Shown here: positions 8,951 to 18,839 of the stretch, piece by piece
Position numbering within the stretch: position 1 is the stretch's first letter
How the letters are laid out: each line of letters opens with the position of its first letter
From: Lentisphaerota bacterium
Lineage (GTDB): Bacteria > Verrucomicrobiota > Kiritimatiellia > UBA8416 > JAIOPI01
Direction: 5' to 3'
Length of the DNA stretch: 64,000 nucleotides
Assembly: GCA_021413965.1 (NCBI GenBank)
Contig: JAIOPI010000003.1
Span: 22,515-86,514 of the forward strand
Notes under the pieces: model-generated
The model's database searches: none
What the model saw: the letters and a program-made list of their open reading frames with translations, nothing else
Told to the model about the DNA's origin: nothing
Position numbers and translations under genes: made by a program

Positions 8951-9787
8951 CTATGCGCCAAGCTGATAGCGGGCGAAGCGTCGGATCGTCAGCGTATCGC
9001 CGACGGCCTTGCCCTTTTCATCCAGCAGGGCCTGAATGGACTGCTTGGGCTCCTTCACGAAGCCCTGATGAATCAGGCAGACGTCCTCATAGAACTTCTT
9101 GAGTTTGCCATCGACGATCTTGTCGACGATTTGCGCGGGCTTGCCCTGGACCTGCTTGGCGTAGATTTCGCGTTCGGCCTGCAGTTCGGCGGCCGGGACT
9201 TCCTCTGGCTTGAGGAAGCGCGGGTTGGCGGCGGCCACGTGCAGGGTGAGGTCGCGGGCGACTTCCTGGAACGCGGGGTTCTGCGGGGTGCCGGGCTGAG
9301 TGCAGCCGACTTCCAGCAGCACGCCGACTTTGCCGCCGAGGTGGATGTAGGTGCAGAGGGCGCCGGCGCCCTGCAGGGTGTAGCGCACATTGCGGCGCAC
9401 GACGATATTTTCGCCGATCTCGGCCACCTTGGCGGTGACTTCGGTGACGACGCGCTCGCCCAGCGGTCCATCGCTCTGCAAGGCGCGCTGGGAGAGGTCC
9501 TTCACAAAGGCGATAAACGAGGCGTTGCGGGCCACGAAGTCCGTCTCGCAGTTGACTTCGAGGAGCGCGGCGGTTTGCCCATCGGGGGCGGTGGCACTGG
9601 CGACGAGGCCCTGGTTGGCCGTGCGCGACGCCTTCTTGGCCGCGACGGCCATGCCGCGTTCGCGGAGCAGGCGGGTGGCCTTCTCCATGTCGCCCGCGGC
9701 TTCCACCAGGGCGCGCTTGCAGTCCATCATGCTGACGTTAGTGGCCTCACGCAAGGCCTTGACGAGTTCAGCCGTAATCTCGGGCAT
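8951..9787 (-). CDS. tsf: Translation elongation factor Ts
   Basis: MPEITAELVKALREATNVSMMDCKRALVEA (UBA-like N-term) plus EF-Ts dimerisation domain; the track ORF extends upstream to 10198 but that Pro/Arg-rich part overlaps rpsB and is rejected; ATG confirmed at 9787. Confidence 0.9.
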   Translation of the reverse strand: MPEITAELVKALREATNVSMMDCKRALVEAAGDMEKATRLLRERGMAVAAKKASRTANQGLVASATAPDGQTAALLEVNCETDFVARNASFIAFVKDLSQRALQSDGPLGERVVTEVTAKVAEIGENIVVRRNVRYTLQGAGALCTYIHLGGKVGVLLEVGCTQPGTPQNPAFQEVARDLTLHVAAANPRFLKPEEVPAAELQAEREIYAKQVQGKPAQIVDKIVDGKLKKFYEDVCLIHQGFVKEPKQSIQALLDEKGKAVGDTLTIRRFARYQLGA

Positions 9788-9824
9788 GGCAGATCTTCCT
9801 CCAGAGTAGGTGTAGGATGCCGGT

Positions 9825-10829
9825 TTATTCCGCCTTGGGCGCCTCGGGGGCGGCTTCGGCGGCTGCCTCGGGGGCGGCCGGTGCGGCGGGAGTGGCCTCG
9901 GCAGGGGCGGCCGCTCCGTCCTCGGACTTCTTGGTGCGGGCGCGGGGCGCGGCGGCCTTGGGCTCGTCCGGCTTCCGGCGGGGCTTGGCCGCGGCGGCGA
10001 CAGCGGCGGCGGCGGCAGCTTCGGCCTTGGCGGCCTCGTTCTTTTCCTTGTTCGCTGCGGCACGGGCGCGCTGTTCGGCTTCGGCGGCCTCACGCTTGCG
10101 GGCCTGTTCGGCGGCCACGCGGCTGTACTCGGCATTGGCGCGCTGGAGCGTTTCCGCCACGGCTTCGGCCACGAGGCGGATGGCGCGGAGGGCGTCATCG
10201 TTGCCGGGGATGGGGTGGTCGATCGGGTCGGGGTCGCAATTCGTATCCACGATGGCGATGACGGGGATCTTCAGGCGGTTGGCTTCCTTGACGGCGATGG
10301 CCTCGCGGTTGATGTCCACGACAAACATGGCGCCGGGCAGGGCGGCCATATCCGCGATGCCGCCGAGGTTGCGCTGGAGCTTTTCCAGCTCATGGCGCAT
10401 GGCCGAGGCTTCCTTTTTGGGAATGCCGGCCAGGTTGTCCTTCTTGACCATGTCCTCGGTGGTGCGCATCCGCTTGACGCGGGCGCGGATCGTGGGGCTG
10501 TTGGTGAGGGTGCCGCCGAGCCAGCGGTGGGTCACGCAAGGCTGACCACACTGGGTGGCCGTGTCCTTAATGATCTGCTGGGCCTGCTTCTTGGTGCCGA
10601 CGAAGAGAATTTTCTGGCCGGAGATGACGACCTCGTACATGAACTCGAGAGCGTCCTGGAGGTGGGCCAGGCTTTGCGCGAGATCGATGATGTGGATCCC
10701 GTTGCGCTTCCCGAAGATGAATTTCTTCATCTTGGGATTCCACCGCTTGGTCTGATGGCCGAAATGCAGGCCGGCTTCGAGCAAGTCCTTCACGCCGAGG
10801 CCCTGACGGGCCACTTGAGACGACACCAC
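9825..10829 (-). CDS. rpsB: 30S ribosomal protein S2 with an ~80-aa Ala/Glu/Lys-rich C-terminal extension
   Basis: LLEAGLHFGHQTKRWNPKM, GIHIIDL, ILFVGTKKQA, VVDINREAIAVKEANRLKIPVIAIVDTNCDPD; the tail is EAAEAEQRARAAANKEKNEAAKAEAAAAAAV... Confidence 0.9.
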   Translation of the reverse strand: MVSSQVARQGLGVKDLLEAGLHFGHQTKRWNPKMKKFIFGKRNGIHIIDLAQSLAHLQDALEFMYEVVISGQKILFVGTKKQAQQIIKDTATQCGQPCVTHRWLGGTLTNSPTIRARVKRMRTTEDMVKKDNLAGIPKKEASAMRHELEKLQRNLGGIADMAALPGAMFVVDINREAIAVKEANRLKIPVIAIVDTNCDPDPIDHPIPGNDDALRAIRLVAEAVAETLQRANAEYSRVAAEQARKREAAEAEQRARAAANKEKNEAAKAEAAAAAAVAAAAKPRRKPDEPKAAAPRARTKKSEDGAAAPAEATPAAPAAPEAAAEAAPEAPKAE

Positions 10830-11233
10830 TGCTACCTCCTCGCACTGTTACTGGGCGCTCGCGTCCCCGTGCAGATTGCCTGCCGCAGAGATCGTCGCCG
10901 GCGCCCGGAATCCGCTTCGACGCGGCGGGGGGAGCCCGACGCATCATCGCTTCCGTTTCCATGGACCGTCGCACCCCGCGGGCGCGTGGCCAGGAAACCC
11001 GATAAGCCGACCATACTAGCAGCCCGGGGCGGCGGAGCAAGCCCAAAAGGGGGCGAAACGGGGGGCGATGATCCAGTGGGGCGGGATGCCTGGGCGGGGC
11101 GTCCGGACGGCCGGAGGGTTGAAAATGTATTGTCGGAGGGGCGCGGGTGAGGCATACGTGAAAGGCCAGTGTGGAGGGGCCCCAGGCCGGGAGCGGGGGG
11201 TGGATGGAACGGAACCGCAGGAGCATGAGACAC

Positions 11234-12880
11234 ATGACGAATCCTCAACCTGTTTTGCGAAGCGAGTTGCCGGAGTGGAAGGCGTTGGAGGCACAAGCCG
11301 CGGTGATGCGTCCCGTGCACCTGCGGAAGCTTTTTGAGCAGGATGCCGGGCGTGGGGCGCGCTACACGGCGGAAGCGGCCGGACTGTATCTCGACTACGC
11401 CAAGAACCGGGTGACGGACGACACGCTGGCAGGGCTGTTTGCCCTGGCACGGGCGGCGGACCTGGAAGGGGCGGCGCGGGCGATGTTTGCCGGCGAGCCG
11501 ATCAACCGGACGGAGCGGCGGGCGGTGCTGCATGTGGCGCTGCGTAACCGCAGCCAGGCGCCCGTGCTGGTGGACGGTCGCGATGTAATGCCCGACGTGC
11601 GGGCCGTGCTGGACCAGATGGCGGCTTTTGCGCGCGCGATACGCAGCGGCGCGTGGGTCGGCTTCACGGGGAAGCGCATCCGCCACATTGTGAACATCGG
11701 CATTGGCGGCTCAGACCTGGGGCCGGCCATGGCGTACGAGGCGCTGCGTTCGTACAGCCAGCGGGACCTCGACGTGCGCTTCGTTTCCAACGTGGATGGC
11801 ACGCACCTGGCCGAACAGACGCGTGACCTGGACCCCGCGGAGACGCTGTTTATCGTGGCATCCAAGACGTTCACGACACAGGAAACGATGACCAACGCGC
11901 TCTCGGCGCGGGCGTGGCTGCTGGCGACGCTGAAGGATGAGGATGCGGTGGCGCGGCACTTCGTGGCCGTGTCAACCAACGCGAAGGAGGTGCGCGATTT
12001 CGGCATCGACACGCGCAACATGTTTGCCTTCTGGGACTGGGTGGGTGGGCGCTACTCGCTGTGTTCGGCCATCGGTCTTCCCGTGATGGTGGCGGTGGGG
12101 CCGGAGCGATTTGGCGAAATGCTCGACGGTTTTCACGCCATGGATCTGCATTTCGTGGAGGCGCCGCTGGAGCGCAATCTGCCGGTGATCTTGGGGTTGC
12201 TGGGGGTGTGGTACAACAATTTCCTCGGCGCCGAAACACACGCGGTGCTGCCCTACGACCAGTACTTGGCGCGGTTTGCCGCGTACCTGCAGCAGTTGGA
12301 CATGGAGAGCAACGGCAAGTGCGTGGACCAGGCGGGGCGGCGCGTGCCGTACCAGACTGGGCCCGTGGTATGGGGGGAGCCGGGCACGAACGGGCAGCAC
12401 GCCTTCTACCAGTTGATTCACCAGGGCACGAAGCTGATCCCCGCCGACCTGATCGGATTCTGCCGATCGCAGAACGCATTCGGAGATCACCACGACAAGC
12501 TGATGGCGAATCTGTTCGCGCAGGCGGAGGCCCTGGCGTTCGGCAAGACGGCGGCGGAGGTGGCGGCGGAAGGGGTGGGGGCTGCGGACGTGCCGTTCCG
12601 CGTGTTCGAGGGCAACCGCCCGACGAACGTCATCCTCGCCGACGCGCTCACGCCGGCCATCCTGGGGGCGCTGATTGCGCTCTACGAGCACAAGGTGTTT
12701 GTGCAGGGGGTGGTGTGGAACGTTTTCTCGTTCGACCAATGGGGCGTGCAACTGGGCAAAGTTCTGGCCGGAAAGATCCTGGCCGAGTTGCAGGCGCCCA
12801 CGGGGGAGCCGCCCCGGCACGACACTTCCACCGTCGCCTTGATCACGCGCTATCGGCAGCGGCGGCACGGCGGAGCGTGA
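11234..12880 (+). CDS. pgi: Glucose-6-phosphate isomerase
   Basis: PGI family: [42 protein letters not shown]; start taken at the ATG of MTNPQPVL (11234) rather than the upstream alternative start in the track. Confidence 0.9.
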   Translation: MTNPQPVLRSELPEWKALEAQAAVMRPVHLRKLFEQDAGRGARYTAEAAGLYLDYAKNRVTDDTLAGLFALARAADLEGAARAMFAGEPINRTERRAVLHVALRNRSQAPVLVDGRDVMPDVRAVLDQMAAFARAIRSGAWVGFTGKRIRHIVNIGIGGSDLGPAMAYEALRSYSQRDLDVRFVSNVDGTHLAEQTRDLDPAETLFIVASKTFTTQETMTNALSARAWLLATLKDEDAVARHFVAVSTNAKEVRDFGIDTRNMFAFWDWVGGRYSLCSAIGLPVMVAVGPERFGEMLDGFHAMDLHFVEAPLERNLPVILGLLGVWYNNFLGAETHAVLPYDQYLARFAAYLQQLDMESNGKCVDQAGRRVPYQTGPVVWGEPGTNGQHAFYQLIHQGTKLIPADLIGFCRSQNAFGDHHDKLMANLFAQAEALAFGKTAAEVAAEGVGAADVPFRVFEGNRPTNVILADALTPAILGALIALYEHKVFVQGVVWNVFSFDQWGVQLGKVLAGKILAELQAPTGEPPRHDTSTVALITRYRQRRHGGA

Positions 12881-12895
12881 CGGCTGGTGCGGCGT

Positions 12896-13252
12896 TCAGA
12901 CGGGCCCAGGCTCGGGCGCAGGGGGCGTCCCGGTTCCTGAGCTTTGAGAGCCGCCGCGGCGGTCGGTCATATCCACGCGTTCGAACGGGTGCCAGCGTCC
13001 GCCGTCGTTGGACCAATTGTCGAAATGCGTGCGGACATGCTGGACACCACGGATGCGGCTGATCTCGTAGAACATGGCATCCAGGGCCGGTGGGCTGAGG
13101 TTGTCCCGGTGGCCTTCGATGCGCCGCAGGTAACCGAAGAAGAGGATGCGTCCATTGGTGGTACGAATGGAGATGCGTCCGAGATCGATCCAGTGCTTGA
13201 CCAGCACGCGACGGATGGCGCGGTTAATATCCAAATCGGTATGAACGATCAC
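12896..13252 (-). CDS. Hypothetical small protein (118 aa), last gene of the S2P-CheY operon
   Basis: ORF starting with GTG 61 nt downstream of the response regulator stop; no recognisable motif; Pro/Gly-rich tail. Confidence 0.3.
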   Translation of the reverse strand: MIVHTDLDINRAIRRVLVKHWIDLGRISIRTTNGRILFFGYLRRIEGHRDNLSPPALDAMFYEISRIRGVQHVRTHFDNWSNDGGRWHPFERVDMTDRRGGSQSSGTGTPPAPEPGPV

Positions 13253-13313
13253 GTCAGTGCCCTTGGTTTTGGCTTATGGCGCGTGGCTGATGGTGGGGGG
13301 AGCGGAGCATCGG

Positions 13314-13709
13314 TCAATCCAATGGGCTCCCAATCAGGCCCTCGACCTTGCTGAAAAGGGAGTCGAGTGGGAATGGCTTATAGAGGATGTCCGTGGTCCC
13401 GTCGGCAAACTGTTCCTGCCACATGGTGACGACTTCATCGGACTCGACCGTGAAGGACTTCGGGTAGGCGGTGATGAAGAGGACGGGGGGGGCGGCAAAG
13501 GCGCGGACCTCGCGGTACACGTCGAAGCCCGTTTTGCCGGGCATCTTGACATCGAGGAGCAGCAAGGCGATGTCGGGCTGCCGGCGCACCATGTCGATGC
13601 AGGCATCCTGGCTGGTGGTTGTGAGGACGGTGAATCCTCGCAGTTCGAGCGCGTCCTTGAAGCACTTGAGGATTTCCGGTTCATCGTCGAGGGCCAGTAT
13701 GGTCTTCAT
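13314..13709 (-). CDS. Single-domain response regulator (CheY-like receiver)
   Basis: MKTILALDDEPEIL...LLLLDVKMPGKTGFDVYREVR...PVLFITAY; receiver acid pocket and phospho-Asp (LLDVKMP); ATG confirmed at 13709; the longer track ORF (to 14348) overlaps the protease gene and is rejected. Confidence 0.8.
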   Translation of the reverse strand: MKTILALDDEPEILKCFKDALELRGFTVLTTTSQDACIDMVRRQPDIALLLLDVKMPGKTGFDVYREVRAFAAPPVLFITAYPKSFTVESDEVVTMWQEQFADGTTDILYKPFPLDSLFSKVEGLIGSPLD

Positions 13710-13723
13710 CTCGTCCTTTCGCT

Positions 13724-14551
13724 TCAGCCCCGGACCCATGGCGGCGGCTTGTCTTCCGGTCGGACATCGGCCTTTTGGGCAGGCCCATTCAGGTAGGGTG
13801 GCGGGCTGATGACCACCTGGTCTTCGGCGGGGAGATCCTCCACGGGGGGGCCAAAGAAGGACGGCCAGGCGGGGCGTTGTCCGCGCCGGGCCTGTTCCTG
13901 GCGGATGACGAGTCGGTTTTCGACGCCGGCGGCATGGTAGATAAAGATGGCGACGAGCACGAGCATGTGCAGGTGGTAGCGCAGGCCGAGGATGCCGCCA
14001 ACGATGGCGGCGATCTGGCCGAGGCGGGCGGCGGCCCCGGTGGCGCGCAGCCGGCCGAAGCGTGGCGTGAGCGCGGCGCGCAGGATGCGGCCGCCATCCA
14101 TGGGGAAGGCGGGGATCATGTTGAACACGGCCAGCCCGAGATTGACCTGTCCCAGGTAGAAGGCGATGCGCGCGGGCTGGTCCGGCATCCAGGTGGCGAA
14201 GGCGGCGAACAGCCCGAGGCCGCCGAGGATGGCGCTTACGAGTGGTCCCGCGATGGCCATCAGGAATTCGTCGAGCGGCCGTTCGGGAATGCGATCCATC
14301 TGTGCGGCGCCGCCGACGACCATGAGCGTGATCTGGCGGACCCGGCATCCCTTGCGCAGCGCGACCAGGGAGTGTCCGAGTTCATGCAGGACGATGCTGG
14401 TGAAGAAGCCGATGCCGATCAGCAGGCCGAAGAGCCATCCGTCCTGCCGGGAGAACTGGTGTGCGAAATAGACGAGGGCGATGGCCAGGGACCAATGCAG
14501 GCGGATCGGGATTCCCCAGACACGCGCCAGTTGATAGGATGCGGAGAACAA
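13724..14551 (-). CDS. Site-2 protease family zinc metalloprotease (peptidase M50)
   Basis: HELGHSL zinc motif inside a TM helix, second motif NMIPAFPMDGGRIL (the LDG of M50), about 6 TM segments. Confidence 0.8.
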   Translation of the reverse strand: MFSASYQLARVWGIPIRLHWSLAIALVYFAHQFSRQDGWLFGLLIGIGFFTSIVLHELGHSLVALRKGCRVRQITLMVVGGAAQMDRIPERPLDEFLMAIAGPLVSAILGGLGLFAAFATWMPDQPARIAFYLGQVNLGLAVFNMIPAFPMDGGRILRAALTPRFGRLRATGAAARLGQIAAIVGGILGLRYHLHMLVLVAIFIYHAAGVENRLVIRQEQARRGQRPAWPSFFGPPVEDLPAEDQVVISPPPYLNGPAQKADVRPEDKPPPWVRG

Positions 14552-14639
14552 CGTGGTCTGCTCCTTCGATCAGAAGTTCCTTGCCGGGCCGGCCTCGCCG
14601 CACGGCCACGGCGTTGCAAAGCGGAAAGTGTAGCCGAAT

Positions 14640-15668
14640 ATGAGCGACACGAAAACTACAAACGGCAGACCGGACCCGGCGCGTCTCATGCGGATGGCGT
14701 CGGCCTTTTACGAATCCTGCGTCCTGTTCACGGCATCGGATCTGGGTTTGTTTGCGGCGCTGGCCCGTCTGGGGGGCGAGGCCGATGCGGATGGCGTGGC
14801 GGTGGCGTGCGGTCTGAACGTGCGTGGGGCGGGGCTGGTGCTGGATGCCTGTGTGGCGCTGGGCCTGCTGCGCAAATCGGGAGCGCGTTACGTCAACACG
14901 CCGGAGGCGGCGGCCTTTCTGGTGCCTGGCGCGCCGGGCGATCTGAGCGTCGCGTTGCGCTACAACCGCGATGTCTATGCGGCATGGGGCCAGCTGGGCG
15001 AGTTGGCGCGCACGGGGCGACCGGTCGAGCGGCCGGCGCTGCATCTCGGGGAGGATCCGGCGCGCACGCGAGCGTTTGTACTCGCCATGCATGGCCGTGC
15101 CCTGGCGATGGGGCGAGGCATGGTGCCTCACCTGGACTTGCGCGGCTGCCGGCGACTGCTCGATGTCGGCGGCGGGCCCGGCACGATGGCATCGCTGCTG
15201 GCGCAGGCGAACCCGGAGCTGAGGTGCCGCGTCATGGATCTGCCGCCCGTGGCGGCCGTTGCGGGCGAGCTGCTGGCGGCGCAGGGCCTGCAGGATCGCA
15301 TCACGCTGATTCCCGGGGACTACCACACGACGCCGTTTCCGGCCGGCAACGACGCCGTCTTGTTTTCCGGCGTCCTGCACCAGGAGTCGCCCGCCGCCAT
15401 CTGCGACCTTTTCGCCCGGGCCCATGCGGCGCTCGACCCTGGCGGGCGCCTGTACGTGGTCGACATGATGACGGACGAGACGCACACCCAGCCCGCCTTC
15501 TCGGCTCTGTTCGCGGTCAACATGGCGCTGACGACGGAGTCGGGGTGGGTCTTTTCCGATGTGGAGCTGGGGGGCTGGTTGCGCGAGGCCGGTTTTCAGG
15601 AGTTTGCGTGCCGCCCGCTCCCCCCGCCCCTGCCGCACTGGATCGCGTCGGCGCGCAAGGCGGGGTGA
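14640..15668 (+). CDS. Class I SAM-dependent O-methyltransferase (COMT/CrtF-like, Methyltransf_2 with N-terminal dimerisation domain)
   Basis: LLDVGGGPGTMASLL SAM motif I; VMDLPPV; LIPGDYH; about 340 aa, as for plant-type O-MTs such as CrtF. Confidence 0.75.
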   Translation: MSDTKTTNGRPDPARLMRMASAFYESCVLFTASDLGLFAALARLGGEADADGVAVACGLNVRGAGLVLDACVALGLLRKSGARYVNTPEAAAFLVPGAPGDLSVALRYNRDVYAAWGQLGELARTGRPVERPALHLGEDPARTRAFVLAMHGRALAMGRGMVPHLDLRGCRRLLDVGGGPGTMASLLAQANPELRCRVMDLPPVAAVAGELLAAQGLQDRITLIPGDYHTTPFPAGNDAVLFSGVLHQESPAAICDLFARAHAALDPGGRLYVVDMMTDETHTQPAFSALFAVNMALTTESGWVFSDVELGGWLREAGFQEFACRPLPPPLPHWIASARKAG

Positions 15669-15725
15669 ATGCGGGCTTGAAGCGTTGCCGCGTGTTGCGT
15701 TACTTTGCCGCTTTGGCGGAACGAT

Positions 15726-16418
15726 ATGAAGTTGTCCATCGTCATACCCGTCTATAACGAGTGCCAGACGATCCGCGATTTGGTGGGGCGGGTTTTGGCG
15801 GTCGATTACGGCATCGAGAAGGAACTCGTGCTGGTGGACGACTGTTCGCGGGACGGCTCGCGCGAGGTGCTGAAGGCGTTGCAGGGCGAGCATCCGGACT
15901 GGAAGGTATGCTTCCACGAGGTGAACCTCGGCAAAGGCGCGGCCCTGCGCACGGGCTTCGCCGCGGCCACCGGGGAGATTGTCGTCATCCAGGATGCCGA
16001 CCTTGAATACGACCCGAACGACATCAAGCTGCTGCTGGGGCCGGTGCTCAACGGGCATGCCGACGTCGTGTATGGATCGCGTTTCCTCGGGGGTGGGCCG
16101 CACCGGGTGGTGTACTTCTGGCATTACCTGGGCAACCGCCTGCTGACCCTGCTGTCGAACATGATGACGGATCTCAACCTCACGGACATGGAGGTCTGCT
16201 ACAAGATGTTCCGCCGCGAGGTGCTGCAGTCGGTCAATCTGGTGGAGAACCGCTTCGGGTTTGAAGTGGAGATTACCGCCAAGGTGGCCCGCGGAAACTG
16301 GCGGGTGTACGAGGTGCCGATTGCCTATTACGGGCGCAATTATGCCGAGGGCAAGAAGATCACGTGGAAGGACGGGGTGCGCGCGCTGTGGTGCATCCTG
16401 AAGTATCGTTTTGTATGA
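15726..16418 (+). CDS. Family 2 glycosyltransferase (polyprenol-phosphate mannosyl/glucosyltransferase-like, Dpm1/ArnC type)
   Basis: KLSIVIPVYNE, VLVDDCSRDGS, VVIQDADLEYDP (DXD), YGSRF; start at ATG 15726 (MKLSIV); its stop overlaps the pgpA start as ATGA. Confidence 0.8.
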   Translation: MKLSIVIPVYNECQTIRDLVGRVLAVDYGIEKELVLVDDCSRDGSREVLKALQGEHPDWKVCFHEVNLGKGAALRTGFAAATGEIVVIQDADLEYDPNDIKLLLGPVLNGHADVVYGSRFLGGGPHRVVYFWHYLGNRLLTLLSNMMTDLNLTDMEVCYKMFRREVLQSVNLVENRFGFEVEITAKVARGNWRVYEVPIAYYGRNYAEGKKITWKDGVRALWCILKYRFV

Positions 16419-16912
16419 AGGCCCCCGGTGAAGAGTACACGAGTGTGACGACGCGCGTGGCGGTGTGGCTGGCGACCGGCTTTGGTCTCGGCTACAGCCC
16501 GGTGGCGTCGGGCACGGTGGGCAGCCTGCCTGGCGTACTCATCGTCATGGCCTTGTCGGGGTGGAGCCTGAAGGCGCAGATCGTGGCGGCGGCGGTGATG
16601 ACCGTGGTGGCCATTCCCATTTGCGGCCGGGCGGAAGAGTTCTTTGGGCGCAAGGACGATGGCCGCATTGTGGCGGACGAGTATCTCACCTTTTTGATCT
16701 GCACGCTGGGTCTGCCGTGGCAGGCGCATCCGTGGATGCTGGCGCAGGCGTTCGTGGTCACGCGGATCCTGGACATCATCAAGCCCCCGCCGGCGCGGCA
16801 GTCGCAGAGCCTGGCGGGCGGGCTGGGCATCGTCATGGACGACCTGCTGTCCTCGCTGTATGCGCTGGCGGCCAACCATGGAATTTGGTGGGGGCTCCAG
16901 CGCTGGATGTGA
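16415..16912 (+). CDS. pgpA: Phosphatidylglycerophosphatase A
   Basis: PgpA signature GFGLGYSPVASGTVGSLPGVL and DEYLTFLI; ~165 aa membrane-associated. Confidence 0.7.
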   Translation: MKAPGEEYTSVTTRVAVWLATGFGLGYSPVASGTVGSLPGVLIVMALSGWSLKAQIVAAAVMTVVAIPICGRAEEFFGRKDDGRIVADEYLTFLICTLGLPWQAHPWMLAQAFVVTRILDIIKPPPARQSQSLAGGLGIVMDDLLSSLYALAANHGIWWGLQRWM

Positions 16913-17103
16913 GCGATGGGGTCTGGTGCCAGGCGCTGAGCCGCCGCCGCGTTCGGCCTTCCCCCGGCCTTCCGCCTTTGCCAAGGCCATGGCGGGTGCG
17001 CCGGGCTCCCGTTGGCGGAGGGGCATGGATATGATGAGGGGGGCGGGGGTCCCGCGCCAGAGAGTTGCATGTACCGCATAGCGTAAGAAAAGGAACGTTA
17101 CGT

Positions 17104-18660
17104 ATGGGCAGGCCAGTCGCCGTCATTGTTCGGGATGGTTGGGCATTGAACGATAATCCTCGCGGTAACGCGGTGCTGGCGGCGCGCACGCCGGTCATCA
17201 CGGGCCTCAAGGCCAAGTACCCGTGGACGCGCCTGGCGTGTTCGGGCGAGCCGGTGGGGTTGCCGGACGGGTACATGGGGTCGAGCGAAGTGGGGCACTT
17301 GAACATGGGTGCCGGCCGCATCGTGATCCAGGAACTCAAGCGGATCGACGACGGGCTGCGCACCGGCACGCTGTTCGAGTGTGCGGCCTGGGGCGCGCTG
17401 GTGCGCAACTGGCGGTCGCACCGCAGCCGGCTGCACCTGCTGGGGCTGCTGCAGGACGAGGGGGTGCACGCGCATCAGGAGCACTTGTTCAAGATCATGC
17501 GCCGGGCGCGGCAGGAATATCCCGAGGGCGAGATTGTGCTGCATCCGTTTCTCGACGGGCGTGACACGGCGCCGCGCAGCACCCTGGAGTACCTGGCCAA
17601 GCTGCGGGTGGTCATGCAGGAAGTCGGTGGATGCCGCATCGGCACGTTCATGGGACGCTATTACGGCATGGACCGTTCGCGCAACTGGGGGCTGACCGAC
17701 ACGGCCTACAACTGCATGGTCTGCGGCGACGGGCGCGCGACGACGGACGTCGAAGGTTCGATCCAGAAATCCTACGACAGCGATCGCACGCCGGACGGTC
17801 AGCCGATGGGCGACGAGTACATTCCGGCGCACAGCGTGGGCGACTACGCAGGCGTGCGCGACGGCGACTCGGTCCTGCACACGAACTACCGGCAGGATCG
17901 CGCCATCCAGCTCAGCCGGGCGTTCATTGACGACGCGTACCCCGGCAAGCGCAAGGCGCGCCCGGCCATGTGTTACGCGGGGCTGACGCGCTACTATGAC
18001 GAGTTTCCGTCTTACCTGATGGGGCCGCTTGACGAGAGCGGCGGCATGGAAAACCTGCTGGGCGAAGTCGTGTCGCGGGCGGGGCTGCGGCAATTGCGCA
18101 TCGCCGAAACGCAGAAGTACCCGCACGTGACGAGCTTCTTCAACGGCAAGGCGACCACGCCGTATCCACTCGAGGACGACGTGCACATCAAGGGGCGCTT
18201 CGATGCGGCGTTGTTTGCGAGCCATCCCGAGATGGATGCGTTTGCCGTGACGGACGAGCTGCTCAAGCGGCTGGAGAACAACCCTTACGGCTTCATCCTC
18301 GTGAACTATGCGAACGGCGACATGGTGGGTCACACCGGCAACTTCGAGGCGGCCAAGCAGGCCATCGAGGTTGTCGACACCTGCGTGGGCCGGGTGGTGG
18401 CGCGGTTGCTGGAACTCAATGGCAGCGTGCTGGTGACGGCGGATCACGGCAACTGCGACCAGATGATCGATTACACGACGGGCATGGTGAAGACGAGCCA
18501 CAGTCTTTTCGATGTGGAGTGCATTTACGTGGCGCACGATGCGCCAGGGCGCAAGCTGCTCCCGAAGGGCAAGCTCTCGGACATTGCGCCCACGGTGCTG
18601 TCCCTCATGGGGTTGCCGGTCCCGCGGGAAATGACGGCGGACAACCTGATTGTCGGGTGA
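17104..18660 (+). CDS. gpmI: 2,3-bisphosphoglycerate-independent phosphoglycerate mutase
   Basis: VAVIVRDGWAL, SEVGHLNMGAGR, ANGDMVGHTG, TADHGN; RBS AAAGGAA 8 nt upstream of the ATG at 17104. Confidence 0.9.
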   Translation: MGRPVAVIVRDGWALNDNPRGNAVLAARTPVITGLKAKYPWTRLACSGEPVGLPDGYMGSSEVGHLNMGAGRIVIQELKRIDDGLRTGTLFECAAWGALVRNWRSHRSRLHLLGLLQDEGVHAHQEHLFKIMRRARQEYPEGEIVLHPFLDGRDTAPRSTLEYLAKLRVVMQEVGGCRIGTFMGRYYGMDRSRNWGLTDTAYNCMVCGDGRATTDVEGSIQKSYDSDRTPDGQPMGDEYIPAHSVGDYAGVRDGDSVLHTNYRQDRAIQLSRAFIDDAYPGKRKARPAMCYAGLTRYYDEFPSYLMGPLDESGGMENLLGEVVSRAGLRQLRIAETQKYPHVTSFFNGKATTPYPLEDDVHIKGRFDAALFASHPEMDAFAVTDELLKRLENNPYGFILVNYANGDMVGHTGNFEAAKQAIEVVDTCVGRVVARLLELNGSVLVTADHGNCDQMIDYTTGMVKTSHSLFDVECIYVAHDAPGRKLLPKGKLSDIAPTVLSLMGLPVPREMTADNLIVG

Positions 18661-18839
18661 CGATGTCCTACCCGCCGGTCAATGGGCGACACGTTGGGGA
18701 GGCATGCGTTCGCCTCGTCACCGTATCGGCGACGTACGGTACGCCCTGCCTGAACCGGTGAGAGGCCGGTTGGGGCAAGCACAACGATCCGGTTTCACGG
18801 GCCGCCCTCTCAGCGGTTCGTGGAGGGGGCAAAATCTCC

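Noticed and set aside
9788-10198. Pro-rich N-terminal extension of the tsf ORF
   Set aside because: Overlaps rpsB in another frame on the same strand. Canonical EF-Ts begins at the ATG at 9787 (MPEITAEL). The ORF track converts alternative starts to M, so the long form is an artefact.
13710-14348. Long N-terminal extension of the response-regulator ORF
   Set aside because: Arg/Pro-rich and overlaps the M50 protease gene; the receiver domain begins at the internal ATG at 13709.
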